DNA of 64,000 bases from Hormiphora californensis (lineage: Eukaryota > Animalia > Ctenophora). The stretch spans positions 2,232,001-2,296,000 of the forward strand of contig CM035361.1 of the NCBI GenBank assembly GCA_020137815.1. The letters run 5' to 3'. The notes below the pieces were generated by a model. It was not told the origin of the DNA, made no database searches, and saw only the letters and a list, made by a program, of their open reading frames with translations. How positions within the stretch are numbered: position 1 is the stretch's first letter; each line of letters opens with the position of its first letter. Below are positions 29,546 through 64,000 of the stretch, piece after piece. A program made the translations under genes and the position numbers.

Positions 29546-30908
29546 CCTTTTTCCCCTCTCTCTCTTCTCTTTCCCCCTCTCCCTCTCTCTATCATCTCCC
29601 TCTCTCTTCTCTCCTTTTTTTTCCTCTCCTCTCTCTCTCTCTCTTCTCTCTCTCCTCTCCCCATCTTTTCCCCTTCCCTCTTTTTCCACACCCAAACCCC
29701 CTTCACCCCTCAGCCCTGCATCAGCTCTTTTTCCCCTGGCCTCAGCCAATATAAAAAAAAAGGGGGGGGAGAAAGGGAGGGGGGGAAAGGGAATTAAAAC
29801 GAACTACAACCCAAAGCTTTCTTTTTGGTGAACCATGTCACGGGGATTTTAAACGGGGTTTGTTGCGTGGTTAGGAAACTGACCTTGAAAGAAAAAAAAA
29901 AAGGCCCCTTTAAAAGGAAAAAAGAAAAAAAAAAAGAAAAGGGAAAAAGGAAAAAAAAAAATGAGGGGAATTGGGGGGGGGGTTTTTTGTCTGCTTTTTC
30001 CACTTCCTTTCTTTTGCCTCTTTCGTCCCCCTTTTTTGGGGGGGTTTTGGGGGGTGGCTTCGTTCCCTTTGTAAAAAATTTTCCCTTCATTTTCTCTCTT
30101 CCCCAACGAATCATAAAAAGGGCAATATTGCTGGAGATTGAGTAGTGATTCCCCCAACCTAGGCGTAATTTTACGTCATTTGACAGCCAGGCCAAAGCAC
30201 TATACCTAGTACACCTACATATTATGTTCATCTCCAGCGAGATTGGAAGTACATTGTACAAATGCGCCATTTCATTTGTCAATGGTCCTGCTTGTCAGTG
30301 GGTCCATGTGGCCTGTATGGCGGCGCCATACCCCATTTGATTCTCAAATTGGGACAGTGCGCTCAGATGGGTCGCGGCGCCAGACAGCATGTGGCTGGGG
30401 CCATTTGACTGGTCACAATTTTACGAAGTGGTTTTATACTTTCTCCTTTTGTTTCTTGTGTGTCAGCCCACGCCAGTATCACTTCTTAGGATTATTTGAA
30501 GGGGAGAGGAGGAGGAGAAGAGAAACGTGAGAAAAATTTGAGGGTGAGAAAAAAGAAAAATTAAGAGAGGGGGGAAAGCTGGGGGGGTTAAAAGTGCTAG
30601 ACGGGGCACCCTCATCACCCCCTTTCAAAACATAGCAAGACAGCCGTGGTTCCTTAGCCAATCCCAACCGGCTGTATTGATCACGTGATAATCCCCCCCC
30701 CAAAACCAAAAGGGGAGAGAAATTTTATCAATGCCCCTTCCAACCAAACAGGGGGGAGATGTAGTCAGGACCTGGCTCGCCAGCCAAAACCCGGGAAATG
30801 GGTTAGGTTGTTAAAAAAAGGGACGGGGACCAATGGGGTGGGGTTTGGAGGATCACGTGATACCCAGTGTGCAGACAGCAGTGGCCCGCCGGGGGCAGCA
30901 GCATCAGG

Positions 30909-30939
<31 letters not shown>

Positions 30940-32317
30940 GAAGAGAGGAAAAGGGGAAAAAAAGGGAAAAAAGAGGAAGAAAAAGGGGGAGAAGGGGGGT
31001 CTCCGTCCCCCCACCCCCAAAATTGTTAATCGAACTTAAAAGGGACGGTAAAAGTAAAGGGCCAACGGGTAACGAAAACATTCCTCCCCCTTTTGGGGGC
31101 TTTAGCTTTTAGGGAAGGGAAAAGGGAGAAGGGAAGGGGAGCGAAGTTATACCTGAAACGACTAGGGGGGGTTTGGGGGTGGTGGTTTTACTCATTTTCA
31201 TGTTCTATTTTTTCCCCCCCTCGGGTTCCCTCTTTTTTTTCCCCTCTCTTTTCCTTGTTTTTTTTTTTTTTTTCCATCGAAAAAAAAAATTTTTTACCCT
31301 TATTTCCTGAATTTGTTCTTCCCCCCCTATTCAAAATATTTGGGTTCCCCTTTTCCCCCCCTCCCTCTCTTCCAGAAAAACCCAACCCCCGAAAAAAGGT
31401 ATCACTCCCCCTTCAACACGAACATATCCATGCTTGATCACGAACATTTGACCCATTCTTCCACACCCCTGCTTAAACATGGTGCGAGACCGTGCCTCTT
31501 AGTTGTCGTCATATGCTATTGCTAAGTCAAGAAGTCCAGTTGACTACATACTGCTTTACTGTCAGTGATTGGGCAACAGAATTGCATAGAGCACCAGAGA
31601 TTGGGTGCTCGCAGTATACGGTTAAAACCGGTTTCAACTGGATGGCTGCAGAGATGATATCCGTCAAACTCCACCTCACATGTATGTTATATAGACGCTG
31701 TCAGACTTAGCCCGCCTGACCTGCCTTCGTGATTGAAGCAAAAAGGGTCAGGCAATTGCCTGACAGGGTTCACATGAAGTCATGAAAAAAAGGAAAAAAA
31801 GGGCAGTGGCCGTAAGACAGCTGCACTGCTGCAATTTTTTATCACAATTCACATCATTCGACTTCGACATTCAAGCAAAATCTGAGAATTGAGAATTCGG
31901 TTCTTTGGAATTAGCATGTTTTCATTTTCCTTATCTACCCTGAACATCTTGCTTTCACTCTGCACCTGCAGTTGGCACAGCTCCACATCTTTCCACCAAG
32001 TAGCAAGTGTCCACTTGTCTGAAGCAGTCCCAGAAGGGGAGTGAGCCCCTCGCACTCTTACTTTACGTAGCGCGCGGAACATTCGCTGTGATGTGAGTGG
32101 GTTACGCTCAGAAAAGGCGCGACATTTTGTGAGGGAGCATGTAAAGAGGAACTCGTGCACGCGCAGCACTTTCAGACAGTAAAGCGCAACGTCGCCACAT
32201 GGTTTGCATATCATATTCGTTATAATTATGCCATCGAAGATGTTATTAATTATATTGAATATGTTTACGAACAAACAAACAATATTTTAATCGTCAAGTA
32301 AGAACTGATCTGTAAAG

Positions 32318-32687
32318 TCCATTTTTTTTCAACTGTTCACCCAAAATTGAAGTTTCAGTGAAATTTAGAATTTTCGTGGCGCGCGCTACACGTTAACATG
32401 TGATAGACGCGCAAAACAATTCCGCGCACGACTTTGGGGGGTGAACAGTTGAAAAAAAATGGAGTAAAGTCGGATTTTTTGAAACTGTCACCCCCCTAGA
32501 GTTTTCAAATTTCTTTAAATGACCATAAGTCCGGTTCCTGATGAGATAGAGACTTGAAATTTGGAAGTTACGAAGATCTTGCTAAGTTCTTCCGAACCTC
32601 CAAATTTCAAGTCTCTATCTTATCAGGAGCCGGAGATATGACAATTTTTTTATTTCAGGGGGGTGACAGTTTCAAAAAATCCGAGTA
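32318..32687. mobile_element. Two adjacent related MITEs
   Basis: TCCATTTTTTTTCAACTGTTCACCC...GGGTGAACAGTTGAAAAAAAATGGA followed by TCGGATTTTTTGAAACTGTCACCCCC...GGGGGTGACAGTTTCAAAAAATCCGA. Confidence 0.7.
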
Positions 32688-32767
32688 TATATGCACACGC
32701 TAGGATTTAATGAAAGCGTTGCTCACAAACGCCGCGCAAATTTTCTCCATGTGCGCGCTCGATACGA

Positions 32768-32989
32768 TAGTGGAAGCTCTTACGGTAATTCCCACGCCCC
32801 GTGGGAAAGTTTTCGAGCGTGGGAAAGTTTTCAAACCGTGGGAAAAGAGAGATACATACAATAACGTTTAAAAAATAATTATTTTTTAAACGTTATTGTA
32901 TGTATCTCTCTTTTCCCACGGTTCGAAAATTTTCCCACGGTCAAAAACTTTCCCACGGTGCGTGGGAAATACCGTAAGAGCTTCCACTA
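32768..32989. mobile_element. Palindromic MITE with 3-bp TSD (Academ-like TAG..CTA ends)
   Basis: CGA|TAGTGGAAGCTCTTACGG...CCGTAAGAGCTTCCACTA|CGA. Almost fully self-complementary. Confidence 0.75.
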
Positions 32990-33282
32990 CGAGCTTCAGT
33001 CGAAAAAATGCACACACAAATTTTGAAAGGGGCGACAAAACTTTTTTTCTTCGTTTTTGCCTCATTTTTATGTTTGTCCGAAGTTTGATCCTTAACTGAG
33101 TATTGAGTTACTATGCTTAATGTTTGCCTAATGGCTCTACCTCACATATTTGTTAGCGGCTAGGATGTTGGTGTCTTTAGTTTCCACATCTCTTAACGCC
33201 GCTGGCCCCGCCCCAGACGTAAAGAACCCTATCCGCAATCCGATTATTTCAAAATGAAAACCTCCCATACTCTTTTAGCCAA

Positions 33283-33990
33283 ATGTCCCTCATATTAATA
33301 TCAGCAGTTGTACTCCTCTCGACAGTTCACGCCGGAGTCATCACAATAAACGATGAGAACAGAGAAATTGTCCTCCAGGGGGAGTGGTTTATAAAGGCAT
33401 ACGCACCATGGTGTGGTGCTTGTAAATCAATCGCTAAGTCCTGGGTCGATTTGGGGAAATGGTCAGAAGGAAGGGATTATAATATCGGCGAGATTGATAT
33501 TACCGAGGGGCACTCCTTGTCAAATGAGCTCCTGGTATCGAGAATACCCACACTGTATCATGTGAAAAATGGGGAGTTTAGGGTATATCGTGCAGGATCA
33601 AGAGATGTGGAATCCTGGAAACGGTTTCTTGAAAATAGTGAATGGGAGAAAATTGAGCCATTGTCTTGGTACCGAAAGCCCGGTTCCCTGCCTATGACCT
33701 TATTTGGAATGCTGACGAAATGTGCTCTATGGGCAACTGGTTACCATGGTTACATGACTAAAGAGTTGGGTATGAACGCGACTGTTGCCGGTGCTCTCCT
33801 CTTCTTCCTCCCTATGATCTTCCTCATATTTTTCTTTATCGTTGGTGTGTGCTCCGTTCACTATTTCCTCGGGAAACAGAAACCAGCCAATTTAGTGGGA
33901 ATGCAGAGAGCAAAACCGAGGACAACGAGTCAGAGCAGAAGCGATAATCAGGAGGAGAGTAAGGGGGACGAAACTAAAAAGGACCAGTGA
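33283..33990 (+). CDS. TMX1: Thioredoxin-related transmembrane protein (TMX1/TMX4-like), intronless
   Basis: Signal peptide, thioredoxin fold with YAPWCGAC active site, IPTLYHVKNGEFRVY motif, C-terminal transmembrane helix and a terminal KKDQ (KKXX ER-retrieval) signal. Confidence 0.88.
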   Translation: MSLILISAVVLLSTVHAGVITINDENREIVLQGEWFIKAYAPWCGACKSIAKSWVDLGKWSEGRDYNIGEIDITEGHSLSNELLVSRIPTLYHVKNGEFRVYRAGSRDVESWKRFLENSEWEKIEPLSWYRKPGSLPMTLFGMLTKCALWATGYHGYMTKELGMNATVAGALLFFLPMIFLIFFFIVGVCSVHYFLGKQKPANLVGMQRAKPRTTSQSRSDNQEESKGDETKKDQ

Positions 33991-34223
33991 AAATGTTTTC
34001 AGAATATGTTGATTAATTTAATTTGTACCAACCCCGTTTATACCCGTTTATGTGTGTTTGTGACTTTATTTATGGTTTAAAAAGTTAATTTAGTATCAAA
34101 AAGCTGTGTTTTCATAGATCATCAATCTTTCTTCCCTCTTTTTTACAACGTTACCCTTGCACCCGACTCTCAGACAATTCAACAGTGTTTTAAGAGCTGA
34201 ATTACTTTATAGTAGGGGACATC

Positions 34224-55024
<20,801 letters not shown>

Positions 55025-55970
55025 AAAGACACTGCGTGTTTTAACAAAGTTGGGATACACACACACACAAAAGGGACATTTTCAATTTTCGCGTTTTTTG
55101 TCGAAATATATCCTTGATGAGTGTTGACACCTTTTTGAAAATATAGAGAACTGTAATTCATACCCATGATATATATGTGGGATGTGGGATGGAGTTGATC
55201 TGGATTAATTAGCGTTATATTACACAAGCTGTCACGTGTGGTTCTTTTAATTTGGAACGAAGTGACTCAAGTGGTGTATGTTTTTGTTCTATTTATTTTC
55301 TTATAACGTTAAAAAATGAATGTGTTTTCGGATTGTTATAAATGGCAGGATAAAACAACTTCCTAGTTCTCTTAATCTACTTGACTTCTATCGAGAGATC
55401 AAGAGAACTCGAACAACTTTGACCTCTATCCAGAGATCCTGTCAGGCGAATGCTCTAGCAGCAAACTGCAGAGATTTGATCTGGTGTTCAAAAAGTTAAA
55501 GAATTTAAGTTGTTATATTCTGCTGGAAAAGTAAGGAAGGCTGAGCCGAACTGCCCAAATGTGGTATGAGGCAGGCTGCGTGGGGACTGGGGAACGGTTG
55601 ATATAGCTCCGTGCAAGGACTATCTTCGCTGCACATTATAGCTCACCCGACCTTGATTCACTCGCTGACTTGAGTCCCCTGGTCCAAATTCTTCGTTCGG
55701 AAAAAGTTCCCAAACCAAGAGCCTAGCTCATTGACATGTTCCTCGTCTGTCAGCTCTCACACCGGGCCGAAGAACCGGTGTGAGCTAACGCGAGCTGTCC
55801 GAGGCGGTTAACCCGCCGAATGGACAGACTGCGTAGCATAGCAACCAGCTCACAGCCCATAAAATATCATTCGTCGTTCTTTCCGGGTCTTCATCTACGT
55901 GATCCTAGTTGAATGATTGTGTCTAAATCTGACGTTCGATAGACTTATTGATAATATACTCAGAGAGACA

Positions 55971-56121
<151 letters not shown>

Positions 56122-57216
56122 CTATGAAGGATTAGGAAGTAATGAAAGAAGAAAAATATAGACCATGTCTACTTCGAATGGGACATAATAATTGCCAAAC
56201 GTCAAAGCAAAATGAAAAACTAGCTAATTTTTAGAAAATGACGTACTTTCTCAGCCATTGCCAATTAGGAACCGGATTAGGAAAGTGACGCACTGCAAAA
56301 GTACTGTATTCAATTAAATTGCAGTCCTAGCTCTGGTCAGCTAGGTATAAAAAGGGCAGAGTTCTAGATCTGTTCGGAAGAATTCTTGAGCCCTCCAGGA
56401 AATTAGTGTCCTTCTGCAGGTTCAGAATTGTTAGACAGGTCTATTTTGTTGTGCTTTCAATAATGATATGTACTGATAGACCCCCTCCTATAGAACTGGC
56501 GGTGAGAGAAAGGAGAATCATACGTTATTCTTCTTTCTCTCACCGCCAGTTCAAAAGAACGGGGAGTTTAGGGTCGTGCCAGATTTGGTTTGCACAAACG
56601 CCATGATATTAAACCTCTACTGCTACAGACAGGGAATCGAGTGAGTGCGAGAGAAAGAGTTCGACTTGGCATTGGCTTCTTTCTTATTTAGACTCGAGCA
56701 AAACGTTATTGATATTCAGATACCCTAGTCTAAACTGTCAGGCCAATGCTCTGACCACAGTTCTCGCGCGCTTATTTGAGAGAAACGAGAATGGGTCAGA
56801 CCAATGCTGTGACAGAGTCTAAACCTCTTTATATACTTCAGTCACTAAACTCAAAATCAGCTAGACGGCCTCCCGATCGCACTAACTTCAAACCTGCTCA
56901 GACTAACGACTAGAATTGCAGGGGATCTAATAATGAAGGTCTAAACTCTAGACTAGTACTAGCAGTCTAAAGTTTAGACCTTCATTATTATTTTACCAGC
57001 TCCTAGCAGGGTGGAGCTGAAAATGAAGGTCTGTTACTTGTTAGTTGTTACAGACCAACTTACAAAATGTACGGGTATAAACATCATCAAAAAGTACCCG
57101 TATTTTTTACAAGTTGGTCTGTTAGGGGGCCTGTGTCAAATGGGATGTTTGTGTCCAGACTGCCGCTGTCTCTTCGCAGGTGCCGCCTAGACAGGAAGTG
57201 TGCAGTAGGGTCAACA

Positions 57217-57261
<45 letters not shown>

Positions 57262-57510
57262 GAGAGAGAAAATAAGAGACTTGGTCCGCCAATCTTGCCC
57301 GTGTATCATGTACGTAGATGAACGCCCAATTTGCAAAATACCGTTTTGACACGTTGCATGCAGATGATCATGAAGTGATAATCTCACTCACTGAGATATA
57401 GAATCTTATCTTTTCCGAAACAATTTCTATTTGTTTGACGCTTACTTAATCTATAAATTATAAAACCATTCGGTTGTTAAGTCTTTATTGTTGCAACTAT
57501 GACTGTTTAA

Positions 57511-58813
57511 GGGTACACCTGGCGTTTTTCATCATCGAGTGCCCAACCAAATGACTTCACCAGGGTTTAGGTCATACAAAATGGACCTCAAATATGCAAT
57601 TTTAGCCCTAAAGTCGAATTCATATTTTTGCTACAGCCTATTTTCAAAGTGGCGTTTTTTCAATTTTTGTTGGAATTTTTAACCTCAGGACCACTTTTTT
57701 TGAGATAGAAACATTAAATTCTTGAAATTTGAAGAGAATATAAAGGTGAATAAGCCCAAAGAAGGATTTTTGAAATGGAGCTTATTTCTGGCCATGAGAA
57801 GGGTTTACTTTTTTGCTTCTTTGACACGCTGGCTGAGAATGTTCCCATGCTTCATTAGAGATGAAAATCTGGAAATAGTTGCTCAAAACGATTATCTATG
57901 TGGCCCAAAAATTTTGGAACTTTCCCGCCAAAGATGTGGTGTACAGAGCTTGTTTTGTGAAACCCGTCTTTTTGAAAAAGAGAGGAATTCCCTGTATCTC
58001 CAAAACGGATGATCGTAGAGACCTGGGACCAAGCTTAATCGATTCAGAAGGTCCGATTTTGGGGGGGTCTTCTGAGAGACATTTTGCTCCTACTCCAACC
58101 GTTTTTGCTGTAATTGCGAAAAAGGTATCAGCAAGTAAGGGGGAAATCAGCCCGAAGCAGGCTACTGGAATAGAGTTGTTCCCCCTTTTCATAGAATTGG
58201 TTTTTTGCAATTACAGCAAAAACGGTTGGAGTAGGAGCAAAATGTCTCTCAGAAGACCCCCCCAAAATCGGACCTTCTGAATCGATTAAGTTTGGTCCCA
58301 GGTCTCTACGATCATCCGTTTTGGAGATACAGGGAATTCCTCTCTTTTTCAAAAAGACGGGTTTCACAAAACAAGCTCTGTACACCACATCTTTGGCGGG
58401 AAAGTTCCAAAATTTTTGGGCCACATAGATAATCGTTTTGAGCAACTATTTCCAGATTTTCATCTCTAATGAAGCATGGGAAAATTCTCAGCCAGCGTGT
58501 CAAAGAAGCAAAAAAGTAAACCCTTCTCATGGCCAGAAATAAGCTCCATTTCAAAAATCCTTCTTTGGGCTTATTCACCTTTATATTCTCTTCAAATTCC
58601 AAGAATTTAATGTTTCTATCTCAAAAAAAGTGGTCCTGAGGTTAAAAATTCCAACAAAAATTGAAAAAACGCCACTTTGAAAATAGGCTGTAGCAAAAAT
58701 ATGAATTCGACTTTAGGGCTAAAATTGCATATTTGAGGTCCATTTTGTATGACCTAAACCCTGGTGAAGTCATTTGGTTGGGCACTCGATGATGAAAAAC
58801 GCCAGGTGTACCC
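57511..58813. mobile_element. Kolobok-like non-autonomous foldback DNA transposon, copy 2 (1303 bp)
   Basis: TTAA|GGGTACACC...GGTGTACCC|TTAA, near-identical to 6972-8274. Confidence 0.85.
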
Positions 58814-58841
58814 TTAATATTGTGCCGATACCTAGTTCAGT

Positions 58842-61800
58842 ATGGTCCACCTTTATCTCCTCCACATTTTCCTGTCTCTGATAACCAGGACAGAACTAAA
58901 ACAGATCAAACCAAACAAAATGTAAGTTACATCTGAACCTCTGTCCTCTACTTCTAAGAATATTGTTCAAATATTGTTCAAATCAAATTCACCAAACGCT
59001 AGAAGTTCTAGCGTTTGGTGAATTTGATTTGAACAATATTTGAACAATCTTTGAACAATATTTGAACAATATTTGAACAACATTTGAACAAGATTTGAAC
59101 AAGGTCTAGACATTTGATAATTTGCCTCCCGCAGCAGGTCACAAAACAACCGAAACCGAGACCTAGACGATGCGATGATGGACGTCCTGAATCTAGAAAA
59201 AATACCAGAGCCTCACACGAAACCAATTCGCGTTTACTGGTAATTTATAGAGACACTTGTCAACAAAGAGACACTAGATCCTTGTTGAGAATAAATTGAA
59301 TTCGAACTCAGTCCTGTCTGATAAATCATATTGTTAGTTTCTCATCAAATGTTATCATTGTTTCTTTTTAGGTTCATCCAGGAGACGTATGAAAATGTAG
59401 ACGAGAGAAAAACAAGGTTTGGGAGGCAAGTTGATACAGTGAGATTCGATAATGCTCAAGGTAGGATACTCAATTATAATTAACTAGATATAATATGCCT
59501 TCAATTATTTACTTAGCAATGTGCCTATATGGGTTTCAAGCTGGCCTTCGAATTTGTTTTCCTTATTTTAGTCTTTGCTTTGCATTTAGTTTCTGTACTC
59601 TCATTTTTAGTCACGATCGGTCTTTACAAGCCCATTATAGATGTTGCAATAGACATGTCTGTTCTGAATGTCTAGACGATGGATGCTAGCCTAACTACAC
59701 CGTTGCAACTACACATCGTCTAACACAACATACAGACATACAGAGATGATTTCACTTTTCATCGATGATATCATTCGCTATTCATCCTTTTGCATTGTTT
59801 CATCATTGAATGATTCATTAAATTGTTATCAATATTGTTATTAATTTAAAGCTATTTTCAGTTCCCACTATCGCGCAGTAACACTCTGAATCTGATTTCA
59901 ATGTTTCTTTATTCATGTCACCCCCTCCTCCAGGTTCACCAAAGTTGTCTGACCAACAGAGAGTCCAATACACATTCAACCTCAGTGCACTAAAACGATA
60001 CTCCCGAGTCTTCGGACATGACCTTTATTTCTCGTAAGTAAAGGAAGAAAATTCAGAAAAATAAAAACCGGGTTTAAATGGAGTTTTAATTTTTAATTCA
60101 AATGTTACTTTCAGAGCACCTCAAACTCTGTTAGACCGATCAGAAGGTGGACAGTTAAGTGTGAGTATCTGGAGTGAAAAGGGAGATCTCATCAACTCAA
60201 GTATTCTACGACCTCTCCGTGGAGCTGATTACCGAATATCATTGGATTCTCTTAGGTACTTAATTAACTAATTAATTATGTACATACTTAACGATACTTA
60301 ATTGTATTAATATGGGGGGGGGGCCCGCGTATTAAAATGTCCTTTAATGTCCCTCGATTTTTGGGACATTAAATTGTCCGTTATTATTTAGGACATTAAA
60401 AGACATTAAAGGACATTATAAGACATTAAAAGACATTAAATTATAACTTCCAAAAACCATTCCAAAATGTGTTACCAAACATGTTTACCACCAATGTACT
60501 ACTAAAGGTCCCATCTTTCGATTCCAATGAATGTCATAAATGTTCACTGGTGATTAGGCTTGCTTTTGCGTGGGGCGTGGGTGCGGTACCTTTTTTACAT
60601 ACATGCATATTTCTAGCCTAAACGATATCTCAAAATCATCTTATGAAACGAGTAGAAAAGACACCGAAGGCTTTAGAGTGAGAGAGAACAGCCCCGATTT
60701 TGATGAAACTTGGTCAGAATAGTGTTTGGTGTCAAAAAAAAATTTAGTGCTCAACTCCTAAATTTACGATTTTTAGGTTTTTTTTGGTTTTTATGGGTTT
60801 CAGGAACGTCCTAGAACAAAATGAATAGAACCATCTTTCTCAGCGTGAAATTCTGTATCGATTTTAGTGGCTATAAACCTTTCTATGACGTAGAGTTATC
60901 CCAAACGGGTACATGTTATAGGGGCGGGTACATGTTTTAGGCTAACGGGCGAACCTCTTGTCAGAACACCATGTTATAGCTAGGTACTCAATCGACGTGT
61001 ATTGGTGAGGAAATCATTTTAGTGAAAACCATTTTGATCTGCGATGTCTGTGTAACGAATAAAACCTAAAAAACCTTACCACATGAAGCATACCCGTTTG
61101 GTTTTTGGCATAACTACGTCATAGAAAGGTTTATAGCCACTATGATCGATGCAGAATTTCACGCCGAGAAAGATGATTCTATTTATTTTGTTCTAGGACG
61201 TTCCTGAAACCCATAAAAGCCAAAAAACCTAAAAAACCTAAAAAAAACCTAAATTAAGGATTTGAGCACTCAAAAATTTTTTGACTTCTAATTAGACATC
61301 AAAGACCATTCTGACTGAGTTTCATCAAAATCGGGGCTATTTTCACTTTAAAACCTTGACATTTAGTCCAAAACTTCAAAATTTCCGGGGTTCGCTTAAA
61401 GGTACAGGGCCACCCTAAAATGAGGCTTAATCACCCCCAACATCTATGGTATTGGTTGGAATCGATAGAGGGGACATTAGAAGTAAATATTAAGTGGTTG
61501 AAAACACCATTTTAGTTTAATAATAGCTGAAAATTCATGTTTTAATTAAATGTCCTTTAATGTCTTTTAATGTCTTTTAATGTCCTTTAATGTCCCAGGG
61601 ACATTAAAGTCAGACGTGTTTATTTAGGACATGGATATTAAATTCACGCGGGCCCCCCCCCCATTAATATAATTTAATTTAAATGTGAAATGATCAATTC
61701 GAAAGCCTCCGAAAGATTCCTTTATACTAGAGGTTTGTTTTGTTCAAACGCGGGGAGGGAGGGTCGAACAAGGCAACTAGAGGTTTCGTTTCAGATATAA

Positions 61801-61980
61801 AACTGATGACGATAAGCCTATTACTATCACTATTGATATGGGGTTAGAGAGGGAGGATATGGGTAGAGTCCCTAACAATGCTACCATAGCAACGTATAGC
61901 AACATGGCTAGAGGTAGAAGCAACAAAAACTCTGTACTTGCTAGACGGTTGCGGCTAAAACGGCATCACACATCAAAACG
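58842..61980 (+). CDS. TGF-beta superfamily ligand precursor (signal peptide, prodomain and furin site; mature domain not found in window)
   Basis: Phase-consistent exons 58842-58921 (MVHLYLLHIFLSLITRTE), 59135-59239 (MMDVLNLEKIPEP), 59372-59460 (FIQETYE...VDTVRF), 59934-60033 (YTFNLSAL), 60115-60255 and 61795-61980 (ATIATYS...RRLRLKR). Motif order matches BMP/TGF-beta prodomains. Confidence 0.72.
60314..61662. mobile_element. Non-autonomous DNA transposon with 8-bp TSD in a TGF-beta intron
   Basis: ATTAATAT|GGGGGGGGGGCCCGCGT...ACGCGGGCCCCCCCCCC|ATTAATAT, subterminal GACATTAAA repeats and an internal inverted repeat. Superfamily uncertain (Merlin/MULE/hAT-range TSD). Confidence 0.75.
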
Positions 61981-61998
61981 GTGAGGAAAGCTTTTATA

Positions 61999-63850
<1,852 letters not shown>

Positions 63851-64000
63851 TAAAAAGCGTCTCTCCTACGCGCGCGCGCGTGCGCGCATGCCTGTTACAC
63901 TGAATTTAGGGCAAATGGGACCTGTCTGTAACTTCGGTTCCAGATGAGATAGAGACTTGAAATTTAGAACTTGAGTCAAAGACCCCAAGCCGGGTATACA

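Noticed and set aside
32538-32565. CTGATGA...GAAA as a hammerhead ribozyme core
   Set aside because: The flanking stems do not form, and the motif lies within a MITE arm.

Overview
Eukaryotic (animal) genomic DNA, rich in repeats and (CT/GA)n microsatellites. The repeat families and gene types look ctenophore-like (inference, not verified). There is a 100-N gap at 13442-13541, and several stretches look like unpolished long-read sequence (about 8400-13440, 22000-24500 and 29300-31450). Host genes assembled by hand: (1) an intronless TMX-type ER thioredoxin (33283-33990, +); (2) 233 bp downstream, a 9-exon, 320-aa STI1/HOP co-chaperone (34224-55024, +) that starts directly at TPR2A; (3) three antisense genes nested in STI1 introns, namely a secreted lineage-specific/Sushi-like protein, a stand-alone pentraxin-domain protein and an intronless LDLa-7TM GPCR; (4) a TGF-beta superfamily precursor (58842 to beyond 61980, +) whose mature domain was not found in the window. 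All six genes have an acceptor-like AG 1-31 nt before the ATG, which suggests SL trans-splicing. Mobile DNA: a CR1/L2-type LINE with a very large multidomain ORF1 (possible degenerate AlkB-like fold, SAP-like helices, coiled coil, SGNH esterase-like domain); an ORF1-only retroelement inserted in a Helentron-type element; two 1303-bp TTAA-flanked Kolobok-like foldbacks whose arms co-vary; and many MITEs, Helitron-like pieces and minisatellites.
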